A stretch of 64,000 nucleotides of DNA, taken from the NCBI RefSeq assembly GCF_006345805.1, contig NC_043008.1:47554001-47618000 (forward strand). The letters are read 5' to 3'. Position numbers and translations under genes: made by a program. Below the pieces are notes generated by a model. It was not told the DNA's origin. It saw nothing but the letters and a program-made list of their open reading frames with translations, and made no database searches. This stretch comes from Octopus sinensis. Taxonomy: Eukaryota. Below, piece after piece: positions 42,657 to 53,793 of this stretch (positions are counted from its first letter, which is position 1; every line of letters starts with the position of its first letter).

Positions 42657-43006
42657 ACAATTGCAGCGTGGAAGGTGTTTATAAGCCATTTAAGAAACAC
42701 ACAAAAGCCGTTCGATTCACTCCAACATTAAGTTTAATTTTTCAAAATATTTTCGTCGCTAAAATCCCGACCTGTTCACTGACAAAGTCCGTGCTGCATC
42801 TCGAGATGCAGCACGGACTTTGTCAGTGAACAGGTCGCGGATTTTAGCGACGAAAATATTTTGAAAAATTAAACTTAAATGTTGGAGTGAATCGAACGGC
42901 TTTTGTGTGTTTCTTAAAGGCTTATAAACACCTTCGACCCTGCAATTGTTTTCGTTTCAGCACACGATCTCAGATCAAATTACTTGCTATGCGAGTACAT
43001 CTCCGT
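42657..43006. mobile_element. Zero-spacer ~293-bp palindrome with one-sided ~55-nt tail (fold-back PLE-like end, family C)
   Basis: 42657-42802 is the reverse complement of 42803-42949, centred on CTCGAG. Tail at 42950-43006. Flanked by (TA)n. Confidence 0.88.
42819..42868 (+). ncRNA. Hammerhead-like motif with swapped G3:C8 core (family C); mirror copy on minus strand at 42738-42786
   Basis: TTTGTCA-GTGAACA-G-GTCGC-ggatttta-GCGAC-GAAA-ATATT-T-TGAAAAA. Confidence 0.55.
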
Positions 43007-43010
43007 AATA

Positions 43011-43049
<39 letters not shown>

Positions 43050-43704
43050 CCTGAAGTATTATTTCTTGATGTGCCTATAAATACCACAAGTTTTCCATCA
43101 TAAATACCAGTTATGTTCTTTTTACATTATCTGAAATGGAATACCCGCAAATCTATTGACTGAAAACCCCTATTACTGAACTATTATCATTTTCTATTAT
43201 TATATATTTTGTATATTTCTATATAATTCTATATATATATATATATTATAATAATAACCCCACTGCACGATATACTGATGTGGAATACGCGGTATATATT
43301 CTCCATATTAAAATCCATGTAATGTGTTTCCCACATTATCCATATATATGTAAATATATGTAAATATATGTAGATATATATATTTGGATTTTTCCTTCAA
43401 GAGATACGATATATTGTTATTGTCCTTTAGACTTTATTATCAAATTCCACCACGATAGATATTGTCCTGCTTTCCTTCAGTCTAACATATTATTCGTGAA
43501 CTACTTTTGCAGAACAAGGTGATCGGTTGTAACTTTCTCTACAGTGGACGGCTTTGTGATGCCGACCCTTATTACTGAAGGCGGCTGAGAAATTCCTTGC
43601 GTTTTGTACTGAAGTAAGGGTTTGTTCTAAGTTGAAATCATATTGAAGTGGAACTGAAATATGTAACCTTTTTTCAACTTTCGTTAGAAAGGGCTAAAGA
43701 ATTA

Positions 43705-44155
43705 ACGAGAAGAAGAAGAAGAAGAAGAAGAAGAAGAAGAAGAAGAAGAAGAAGAAAAAGATGATGAAGAAGAAGCAGGAGGAGGCGGAGGCGGACGAGA
43801 AGGAGGCGGACGGGGAGGAAGCGGATGAGGAGGGGGCGGACGAGAGGATGAAGGAGGTTGAGGAGAAGTTGAAGAAATTGAAGAAGAAGAAGTAGAAAAA
43901 GGAGGAGGAAAAGAAGAAATAGAAGAAGAATGAGAAGAAGAAGAAGAAGGAGGAGGAGGAGGAAGAGGAGCAAAAGAAGGCGAGAAGAAGGAGGAGATGA
44001 AGAAGAAGAAGAAGAAGAAGACGAAGAAGAAGGAGAAGTAGAAGGAGAAGGAGGAGGAGAAGAAGAAGTAGGAGAAGAAGAAGAAGAAGAAGAAGAAGAA
44101 GAGGAGAGGGAGAAGAGGAAGAAGAACAAGAAGAAGAAGAAAAAGAAGAAGAGAA
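43705..44155. repeat. (GAA)n/(GGA)n purine-rich low-complexity tract
   Basis: Directly visible; source of poly-E/R/S/L/F ORFs. Confidence 0.95.
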
Positions 44156-45084
44156 CAATAATAAAATTTATAACATTGCCATATCCCCCTCTCACCATAA
44201 CCACCATCTTTCACATTTATGCGTGCATATGTGTCTGTCTGTTCGTGCAGAAACATATATAAATGTATCGATTGTGTGTGTTTGTGTGTGTTTGTGTGCG
44301 TGTTATAAAACGCTTTTGTCTCTCGCACAGATCTAAATTCAACAATGTGTGATGTGAATGAGACTGAGACTAAACACATTCATTTATTAATTTATCTAAT
44401 CGCTCGTTTATTGGTGTTGGTTTTCCACGGAGCCACTAAATATAGTTTCATTAACGTTCGTTCTTCTAATGGTGCGACTGCAAATGGCGGCCGGTTTTAT
44501 GCGACTCGCTTCACTCTGGAGACGTTGGTATTGTTGTGGCAGAGCACTTAAGAAAAGACATCGAAAACCAAAAACAAAAACAAATGTGAAATCTAATTAA
44601 CCAACAGAGGTGATATATGTTGAAAAGACGAACCGATTCTGCTCATCGATAACTACTCTGCGACATTTCCGTTGCTTGTTTTGCTCTTGTTTTTGTTACA
44701 GTCGCTTCCATTCTATGCTATGGAAGCAGCTATTGTCTATAACGATATTGATACGAAAACCGATTTCTGTCCAAGTAAATTAGAAATACACAAAAGTACA
44801 TCGCTGTCCTATCAGATAGATATATCTAGGTCTATATGATGTTTTCAGTTCATGTCCGACTATATGTATGTATGTATGTATGTATTTATGTATGTATGTA
44901 TGTATGTATGTATGTATGTATGTATGTATGTATGTATGTATGTATGTGTGTGTGTGTGTATGTATGTATATAAATAAATAAATATATATATATTTACATA
45001 TATACATACACACACACGCATATATATATGTATGTATGTATGTATGTATATATGTATGTATGAATGTAAGTATATGAAGTAAAG

Positions 45085-45335
45085 TCTATTTGCCTTTACT
45101 TTTTGTTGCGTCCAGCAACTGTCGATTGTCCCTGTTTTAACCCCTGCAAATATCGTTCCCAGCTATCTATACGACACAATACCTGTGCCCTTATATTTTC
45201 GAACAGGGAGTACAGCACTCCCATCCAGCACGAAACAACACCTGTGGACCAGTTTCTGGGTTATTGCACGTTACCAACACAGGGTAGCTGTTTGGTTAGG
45301 TGGCGTTGCCGAAGTTGCCGTTCGAAAATATTTAG
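45085..45335. mobile_element. Fold-back MITE-like element (copy 2, diverged)
   Basis: Centre agctatctatacgacacaatacctgtgcccttatattttc is homologous to the centres of the 28268 and 45368 copies. Confidence 0.6.
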
Positions 45336-45367
45336 TTTTGAAAGTAAAACGCTGTCACTGATCTCAT

Positions 45368-45713
45368 AAAATAGAAACGTTATTTCTAAATCTCACAAAG
45401 AGAGATATTCAGTAACAGTTCTTTAAAATAAAAGCTATTTGCCAACATAATGTAGCTGTCCTGGAAAGGACGATTTTTACTGTTGTTTAGCCCCAGGAAA
45501 CATTGTTTAGCCAGCTGGAAAATATAAGGACACAGATATTGTGTCGCATAGCTAGCTGGAGACGATGTTTCCTGAGTAACAAATCTGCCTTCCAGTAACA
45601 ATCGGCCCTTCCTGGGCAGTCTCATTATGTTGGCAAATAGCCTCTACTTTAAAATGCCGTTACTGAATATACCTCTTTGATGAGAGATTTAGAAATAATA
45701 ATATTTCTATTTT
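45368..45713. mobile_element. Fold-back MITE-like element (copy 3, longest)
   Basis: Ends aaaatagaaa...tttctaaatctc / gagatttagaaa...tttctatttt; inner tgccaacataat / attatgttggca arms. Confidence 0.8.
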
Positions 45714-45764
45714 AATCTGTGTGTGTGTGTGTGTGTGTCTCTGTGTGTATGTATTCTTTTATTC

Positions 45765-45870
45765 ATTTCAGTTATTTCACTGAGGCCATGTTGGAGCATC
45801 GCCTTCAATGGAGAAAATCGACCCCAGGACCTATTCTTCGTAAGTCTAGTATTTATACTATCGGTGATAA
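45765..45870 (-). mobile_element. SINE family 1 tail fragment
   Basis: ggccatgttggagcatcgcc...aaaatcgaccccagg is rc-similar to 57830-57900. Confidence 0.65.
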
Positions 45871-45929
45871 TCACCCTTGGGTTTGACGTTTGGGGGAAAA
45901 ACCGTGTTGGACGGTGAATTTGTTTGCAT

Positions 45930-46290
45930 TATATTATATTTTGGGTACATCTAATGTTCGTGTATTTGCCTGCTGAGGGAGTCCATCAGCGGGAGGCATG
46001 CTTCTTTTCAATGTGTGGAGTTCGTGTGTTGTACACATTTTCTGTTCACAACCAGGGAAAGAAACTATCGTGGTGAGGCTGGTGGAACGGGTGGTGGCTC
46101 CCTCTTGCAAATGTCCGTGTGTGAAATATTGCTTGTGTATGCACGGAGAAGTCTTCATCCCTAACATTTAAAGTGTTATCTCTTGAGTGTATGATATTGA
46201 GCTTTTCAGTGATACAAAGCTCACATCTAGTAGCTTGTCCTCTGTATTTTTGGGCTTTTCTCAATATGAAACCAAAGGTAAACTTAATAT
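45930..46290 (-). mobile_element. PLE fragment: C-terminus of GIY-YIG domain + 3' UTR
   Basis: LRKAQKYRGQATRCELCITEKLNII...NTLNVR parallels the C-terminus of the 5136-5554 domain (CxLCxxE..I...LLN). Confidence 0.65.
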
Positions 46291-46984
46291 ACTAATAAAG
46301 AAATTTTATCCATCAGTGCGGTGTTCAGCACTCATTCTCGTTGTTCGACATTTACGCATATGTGTGTGTATGTATATATACATCATTGTATATGTATATA
46401 TATATATATATATATACACATATAGATGTACGTATTTATATGTGCATATATGTATCTATATACGTGTGTGTATGTGTGTATATATATATATATATGCATA
46501 TATATATAAACATATGCAATATGTACATATACACTATATACACTTTTATATGTGAGTCTGTGTGTGTGTAGATTAACCACTATTAAGGTTTATATGTGCA
46601 TACATGTACAAGCCGTCAAATGGGCTAATCTCTTTTGGTTCACCTAAGTTCAGACATGCCTGTATCATTGAGTTCGGTTTATGTACGGACATACTGTAAA
46701 CAGGCATACACGAAACTAGTCAAGCTCCAAGTGAAAGACAGTTCAGTAGATTTAAATAGAAAATTTCATTTATCTCTAGGAGGACAAACTTTGACATAGA
46801 CTTCGAACTTTCTCGATGACTGTATATACACGAGTGTTTAGGCGCTTAAATGTGTGTCCGTGTGTCCGTGTGTGAGAGACAGGGATTATGCAATCAACGC
46901 ACAAATGAATGACATTTATTTCGGTATTTTGAAAACTAGATTGACATCTTCGTAGCCGTTAGGTGCAGAATAGAAAATCCTGTG

Positions 46985-47010
46985 TAGCTGTCCATCTCTC
47001 TCTCTCCCCG

Positions 47011-47105
<95 letters not shown>
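46985..47105. repeat. (CT)n microsatellite
   Basis: Directly visible. Confidence 0.95.
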
Positions 47106-47109
<4 letters not shown>

Positions 47110-47260
47110 TAGAACGTTCTAGACACTGACGAGTTTTCAATAGATTTACTTGTAAAGGTTTACCATTTATAAGCCGCTCTCTACAGTCAACATGCGTAGA
47201 AATGCATTAGAATTCCTTTTAGCAATCTCAAATAACTTTCAATATGTAATGTTACTAAAA

Positions 47261-47460
47261 GGCGCTGACTTGGCAGAATCGTTATCAATATGGACGAAAT
47301 GCTTGCCGGCATTTCGTCCGTTTTTAAGTTCTGAGTTCAAATTCCGTCGACATTTTATCATGTCGGAAGTGATAAAATAAGTACCAGTTGACAACTGAGG
47401 TCAGTGTTATCGACTTAAACCTCCCCCGAAATTTCTGGCATTGTGCCAAATTTGGAAATT
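47261..47460 (+). mobile_element. tRNA-like SINE, family 3
   Basis: Head ggcgctgacttggcagaatcgtta (A-box-like) and gagttcaaattcc (B-box-like); related to 15850-15948. Confidence 0.65.
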
Positions 47461-47783
47461 AGTATGTAATGTGATTGACAAAATACTTCATGAATACCCT
47501 TTGTTTGTGAATTTTGGGTCTCAAATGGTAAAAAGTATATATTTGTACACATCGCAAATCTACACCCTTATCTGCATCATTTTAGCTCCTTTTTTACGAT
47601 ACCCCGATCCATTTTCTGTTAGAAATGCAACTTGGTATGATTTATGAAAAACGAAGAAGGAGGTAGACGAGTACAGTGGAGAATTATGAAAATTGTCCCG
47701 AAGCATTTATAGTTATTACCGAGTAAAATGAAATAATATCGTTATAGATAGGTAGATAGAAAATATGCACAAAACAAATAGAT

Positions 47784-47834
<51 letters not shown>

Positions 47835-47995
47835 TATATATATACATATTGTATATATATATATATATATATAATGCAATAATGAGTTTCGCACAAAAGC
47901 ACAAAAGGATGATTTATACCTGATTGAATGAGAAAAGCCAGCGTACTTTAATATATAACGAACGGATTATATATAATATATATATCTATATATAT

Positions 47996-48045
<50 letters not shown>

Positions 48046-48653
48046 CGTATATTATATATAAACATGTATGTATATATATAATCTACACATGTATGACTCT
48101 TTAACTAGTTTGAGCTCTTAAGCTCGATGGATTTTGATGGGTTTCAGAGCACGTGATCAGGAAACTATGCTGGTCCCATGAAGTACATTTGTACTCAGTT
48201 GTCTAGACTACTTGTGTCCACTATGGTCACCAAATAGTGTCAATTTAATAGCAGATCTCGAAGCAGTTCGGCGGTGCTACAGCAAGAAGACTGCCATAGT
48301 GAAATATTTGAGCTACTGGAAGAGAAGTGCGACATTTTTCCCCCGAGAGGAGGCGGGAGAGATATGCGGTGATGCACATGCGGAAGATCCTAGAGACCTC
48401 CACTGCATGTTTCAAAGATTTCACCCATTCTGTCTATAGCAAGGACAGGATACTGAATATCTTAAGATTCAAAGGCTATTTAATATCTTGCCAAGAAAGC
48501 TGGGAGAACTACATGATGTTGTGTAGATATGTTTTCACGAAGCACCTTCACCGTTAGCTGCCCCAAAAGCCCCAGCATAGCAATAATATCAGAATTAACG
48601 ATCGATATTTAAGTACATATGTTGATGAAAAGACCGACAGATAGACAGGCAGT

Positions 48654-48759
<106 letters not shown>

Positions 48760-49078
48760 GATAGATAGATAGACATGTAGATAGATAGATAATCTATCTA
48801 TACCATAAATAGATTCTTATAGCATAAAACCATCGGATATATTTTACCATTTCTGTCTGCTAGTTTAGAACAAACTTATTGGTTGTCCGGATAATAGTTA
48901 CTTTACAAAAGATGTTGATTGTTCGATGTCAAGAAATACCTTCCATATTATTGCTTGGTTCCTAGAAAATTCACATAGGAATCCATTCCTTTCTAAGATA
49001 CGTAATACACTAGTATTTCTTTAAAAGTAAACTTCTGGCATCAAGGTAGGTGAAATAAACCAAAATATTCTTAAATAC

Positions 49079-49207
49079 CTGCGATTTGGCTTCGTCGTCA
49101 AAATTCTGTTGAACAAACATTCGTCCTACAGCATTTCCGAGATGATCGTTTGTGAATTGTGTACACGAGCTCCATCGAGGACGCGCCGAGGCGATTCCCG
49201 TCATTAC
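49079..49207 (-). CDS. Internal exon of an M13-family zinc metallopeptidase (neprilysin/ECE-like)
   Basis: Acceptor ttttactacttgtcAG| and donor CAG|GTATTT define 129 nt, phase 0/0. It encodes VMTGIASARPRWSSCTQFTNDHLGNAVGRMFVQQNFDDEAKSQ, matching the M13 RWxxCxxxxxxxxGxAVGxxFV motif (neprilysin [21 protein letters not shown]). The paralogue cannot be named. Confidence 0.92.
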
Positions 49208-49854
49208 CTGACAAGTAGTAAAATGCGATCATACATGAAACTCTATAGAGACATCAATGATGAAATGATCGGACAGGTGTACGATCATATATAGAGAAGT
49301 AGAGAAGAAAAGGAGCGGAGATACACACGGGGAGAAACACAAAATAGGAAATATGTGTGTGTGTCTTTGTATGTATGTATGTATGCATGTGTGTGTGCGT
49401 ATGTGTGTGTGTAAAAATGCATACGTTCAGAGATATATATATATATATGAGTTTAAATAAATGTATAAATAGATAAATTAATGTAATATATATTCTCTTT
49501 TCTCACATATACATATATATATATATATCCATATATATGTGTGTGTATGTGTGTGTGTATGTGAGTGTGTGTGTGTGAGTGTAGTGTGTGTGTATGTGTG
49601 TGCGTATATGTGTGTGTTTCAGTGGTTACAAATAACACGGAAAAAATAAATTTATCGTTAGCAGAGTATCGAATATTCATACAAGTACTAACGATTTAGC
49701 AGCCTGCTTATAAATGTAGAAACTCCAGGTTCAGCTGAAATGATTCTGAGTATGTATATATATATATATATACATAGGAGAAAGATAGAAATCTCCATAG
49801 AAACACAGACAGATAGACAGACAAATAGATAGATAGATAGATAGATAGATAGAC

Positions 49855-49925
<71 letters not shown>

Positions 49926-49928
49926 TAA

Positions 49929-49959
<31 letters not shown>

Positions 49960-50356
49960 TGTTTCTTTATTAGCCACACAGGGCTGCACACAGATAGAAC
50001 AAATTACAAGGTAGAGCTTTTCTTTTGAAGGTATTAAAAAAAAAAAAAAAAAAAGGAAGGGGGAGGTTCGATCAAAAGGGATCGTAAAAGGAGAGAAAGA
50101 GGACAAAAATAAGGGGGGGTTAAAAAAAAAAAAAAAAAGGGGGGGGGGGGAGGAAAAAAAATGATCAATAGGGATCGTTATCACAGAAATGTCAATATGA
50201 AGTGTAAAGGGGAGGACAGGTGAGGTTTACCCGTGGAAAGAAAAGCCTGCGGAAAAGACCACGGTAACCTCGGTCAATGAAGTCACATTTTATATTTCTT
50301 TTTTTTTTTTTTTTTTTTTTTGCAAATAAGCAACTCTCTGTTTTCGATTTCTGGGT

Positions 50357-53300
50357 TCATAGGACTATGCTCAAGGTGGCTTCGTCATTCATACGTGCCA
50401 TTCTTGCTACATTCACCATTTATCTTTTTTAAAACATTCGCTAGACAAAACTTGCCTCTCTACTCTCACTTTCCTTTTCAAGTGGTACTTGAAGAAGTTG
50501 ATGAGAGATTGACCAGAGAGGAAAGTGTTTGTCTCCAATCCTTTCAGACGCGTCCACCAGATACATTCTTTCGCCATAGCCACAAGGATGATGAAAATAG
50601 CTCTTCCTTCCCGTTTGAAGGAAGGAGGCGTGACAATATTGACGATAGACTCAGCTGATAAACCGACTCGTCCCACACGTGACAGCAGTTGTTCGACATA
50701 AGCCCACAGGTCGGAAATTGTTGGACACTGAACGAGTGCGTGCAGAACGGTTTCGTCGCTCTGACCGCATCTCGGGCAGGTCGGCCCCGTGTTTCTCGAG
50801 CCGTGTCTGTAGAGCTTATCCCGAACGGGTAGCGCTTCTCGGTAGCACTGCCAGGCCAGGGATCTCTGGAAGTTGTCCATGGGCCCTGGCCCGAAAGTCG
50901 TCCCGAACAGGCGGGTCAGGTACTCCTCGTCGACGTCCAGGTTCGCCCCGAGCTCGTCGTCGTACCTCCCCTCCACTAACCCCTATAGAATGCTTTGGTT
51001 GTGTTGAAGTCACTTAAGGTCGACCCAGGACGGCAGAGTTGCTTGAGAGCAACGCGACACTCGCGGTGCCATTCGCCCTTCCTCGGCCTCTTTTTGATCC
51101 ACGACTGCAGTTCGGTCATGGAGACGAGCTGCGGGAAAGCGTGCCTCACAAACGGCGACCACACCTGTTCACCGTCGTCTACATAGAGCCAGAGATGTCG
51201 CAGTCTCAGCGCGTGTCTGCGCATCATCAACCACGGCATGCCCAGCCCTCCTTTTAACGGGTGTTGACAGCAAATGGATCGCCTGACCATCGGGACGCAT
51301 CCTTTCCACAAGAAGCGAAAGAGGATGCGTTGTAGTTTGGTGATGGTAGGGTCGGGACAAGGTACGACGGTCAGGCGGTAGTAGATGACGGACGCGATGT
51401 ACGTGTTCGCCACCTCCGCTCGACCTTTTAGGGACAGTTTCCTCTCGGCCCATTGCCGGGCGAGAGTGACCACCCTACTCGTTATCTCGTTCCAGTTCTT
51501 CTCCACTTGGAGGTCCGGACCAAACCAGACCCCGAGCAACTCAACCGGGCCGTCGGTCCAGCGTCCCACGACGGAGGCGCTGGTGGACGGCATGGGCTTG
51601 CTTCTCCAGGTGCCTAGTCGCAAGCCCACTGACTTTTCCCGGTTGATTTTCGCTCCTGTCACCGCTTCGTAGTTTTTCAGTGTCTCGCCGACCAGCTCGA
51701 TGTGCTCGTGGCTAGACACTATGACGGTGACGTCGTCCGCGTATGCAGACACGCTCGTCCCGCATCCCAATTCTCGCGGGATGCCCCTTAGAGTCGCCAG
51801 CTTCCGCAGTAGTGGCTCAAGAGTCAATACGTATAGAAGCGCCGAGAGGGGGCATCCCTGACGGACCGAACGTGCAATGTCGAAAGGTCTCGATAGATGT
51901 CCATTTACGCGAATTACCGAACGGATGCCTCTGTACAAGGCAGCTATCCAGCCGCGGAAGACGGGACCGAAACCAGCCGCTCTCAGGACTGCCTCCAAGT
52001 ATCGATGGTCTACCCTATCAAAGGCTTTTGATTGATCCAAGTTGATCAGGGCCCCACCCATGCCAGGTTCGTTAACTACCCTGTCTATGATGTAGCGCAT
52101 CAGATGGAGGTTGTCATGGATGGTCCGGCCTGGCGCACGCATGTTTGCGCCTTGTCGACCAGTTTCTCGATGACAAGCGCCAACCTCTTGGCTAGCACCT
52201 TGGCCAAAATTTTCAAGTCTGCATTAAGCAGAGTGATGGGCCTAAAGTTATCTATTACATTTCCCTTGTTTAGATCTTTCTTCAGCAGTGTTACGGCTCC
52301 TCGGCTCACAAAACCAGGAATGCTCCCGTTTTGCTGCCAGTTGCAGTACACCGCCGCCAAGAGATCTCCAAACAAGTCTGGCATACAATTGTAAAGCTCG
52401 TAGGGTAGACCATCCAAACCCGGTGATTTGTCCCTCGAGCATTCTGCCATCGCTTCCCGCACTTCCGCCGCCGTGATGGCACCTTCGCAGCACCCTGCCT
52501 TTCTTGTCGAGAGTCGTGGTAGGCTATGTAGGTAGGCACTGAAGTCCACCCTACGTTCTTGCCCTCCACTCGTTCCGAACAGTCGGGCAAAATGCTGCTG
52601 AAAGGCCTCACACATTTTACTTGGCTCGAGCAATTCGCGCCCCTGTTCATCTACCAGTGACCGAATGGTGGCTTTGTTGCCCTGTTGCGCCTCTGCCACC
52701 CGGGCCTCTCTCGCGGCTCCAACACCTTCGTTCCTTAGAGCACGCATCCTAGCTCTGACAGCACATCCTTCGTGTTTGGCGTTGAAGTGTTGGTCGAGGG
52801 CCAACCTCGCCGCCAAAACGTCGGATGCGATGCCGCTTCTAATTGCCTCTTCTAGCTTCTTAACTAGCTCACCCTCTACTCTATTTCTATCTATGGCTAG
52901 TGCTTTGCTGTACCTAATCGCTTCTGCTTTTACTGCTCTCTTGAGGGCAAACCACCATTTGTTGTTGATGATGGCTCCCGTCAAAGCCCTCTTTACTAGT
53001 GTGCTAATCCGGTCTCTGAAAACTTGTCTCGATGGGAAAGACGCGTTTAGTTTCCAGTATCCGGGACCCTGCCTAAGTGTCTTACCTAAGTCTAGCGTAC
53101 ATGTCACAAGTTTGTGATCCGTGTAGCTGACTATGTGGAATTGTGGACATCCTATGCTATCTCTATCTACTGTCCTACACAGTATCCTATCTAGATACGA
53201 TCTCGACGACCCGATGCGGTTGCTCCATGTCCACGTTGGCGCATTCGGGTGGTCTAGTCGAAACCTGTCAGACAGTTGAAAGCGTCTGAGCAGGTCTCTG

Positions 53301-53793
53301 AGGCATTTGCATCCCCGTCTATTCCTATCTCTACCCACGTAGTCTACATGCGTGTCCAAGGTAGCATTCCAATCCCCCACTAAGAGTAAAGGACGAGACG
53401 TTCCCAAGAAAACTTCTAGACGTTGAAAGAAATCCGCCCGACCTGTTAAGGGCGGTGCGTAAACTGATACGAGCCGAAAAGCGCACCCATTGCTGCCGTC
53501 GACATCCAGGACGACCAGTCTACCCTCCGGGTCTACGAATATTGTCCTTACTTGAGATCCAGACTCTTGTGAAAAAGTACCGCGGTGCCACTACCGCCCA
53601 TTCTCGGCAGACAGGGGGAAAAATAAATGTTGAACTGTCCGCCAAACATGGTCTTTAGGGCCCGCGGATTGTGGAGTCTGGTCTCGCTTATGGCTATGAT
53701 TTCTAACTTATGTGACTTTATGTCATTTAAGAGGTACCCTTGTTTCCAAGGGGACCCCAAGCCACGCGCATTTACACAACCAATCTTGATCAT
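50357..53793 (-). CDS. LINE ORF2p (AP endonuclease + reverse transcriptase + zinc finger), interrupted by four 1-bp deletions
   Basis: APE motifs NARGL, SETR, VYAP, GDWN, YLDRIL, TDHK; RT motifs KSPGLDG, NFRPITLLN, DQSKAFDRV, QGCPLS, YADD; C-terminal CPRCGQSDETVLHALVQC. Adding one base near 53550, 52140, 50980 and 50415 yields one 1147-codon frame. Confidence 0.92.

Noticed and set aside
45940-45995. CTGATGG...GAAC motif downstream of the PLE fragment
   Set aside because: Core and GAAA are both imperfect and stems are not evident.
48212-48557. Possible piggyBac-like transposase remnant (LWS...RRER)
   Set aside because: Similarity too weak to support by eye; needs tBLASTn/HMM.
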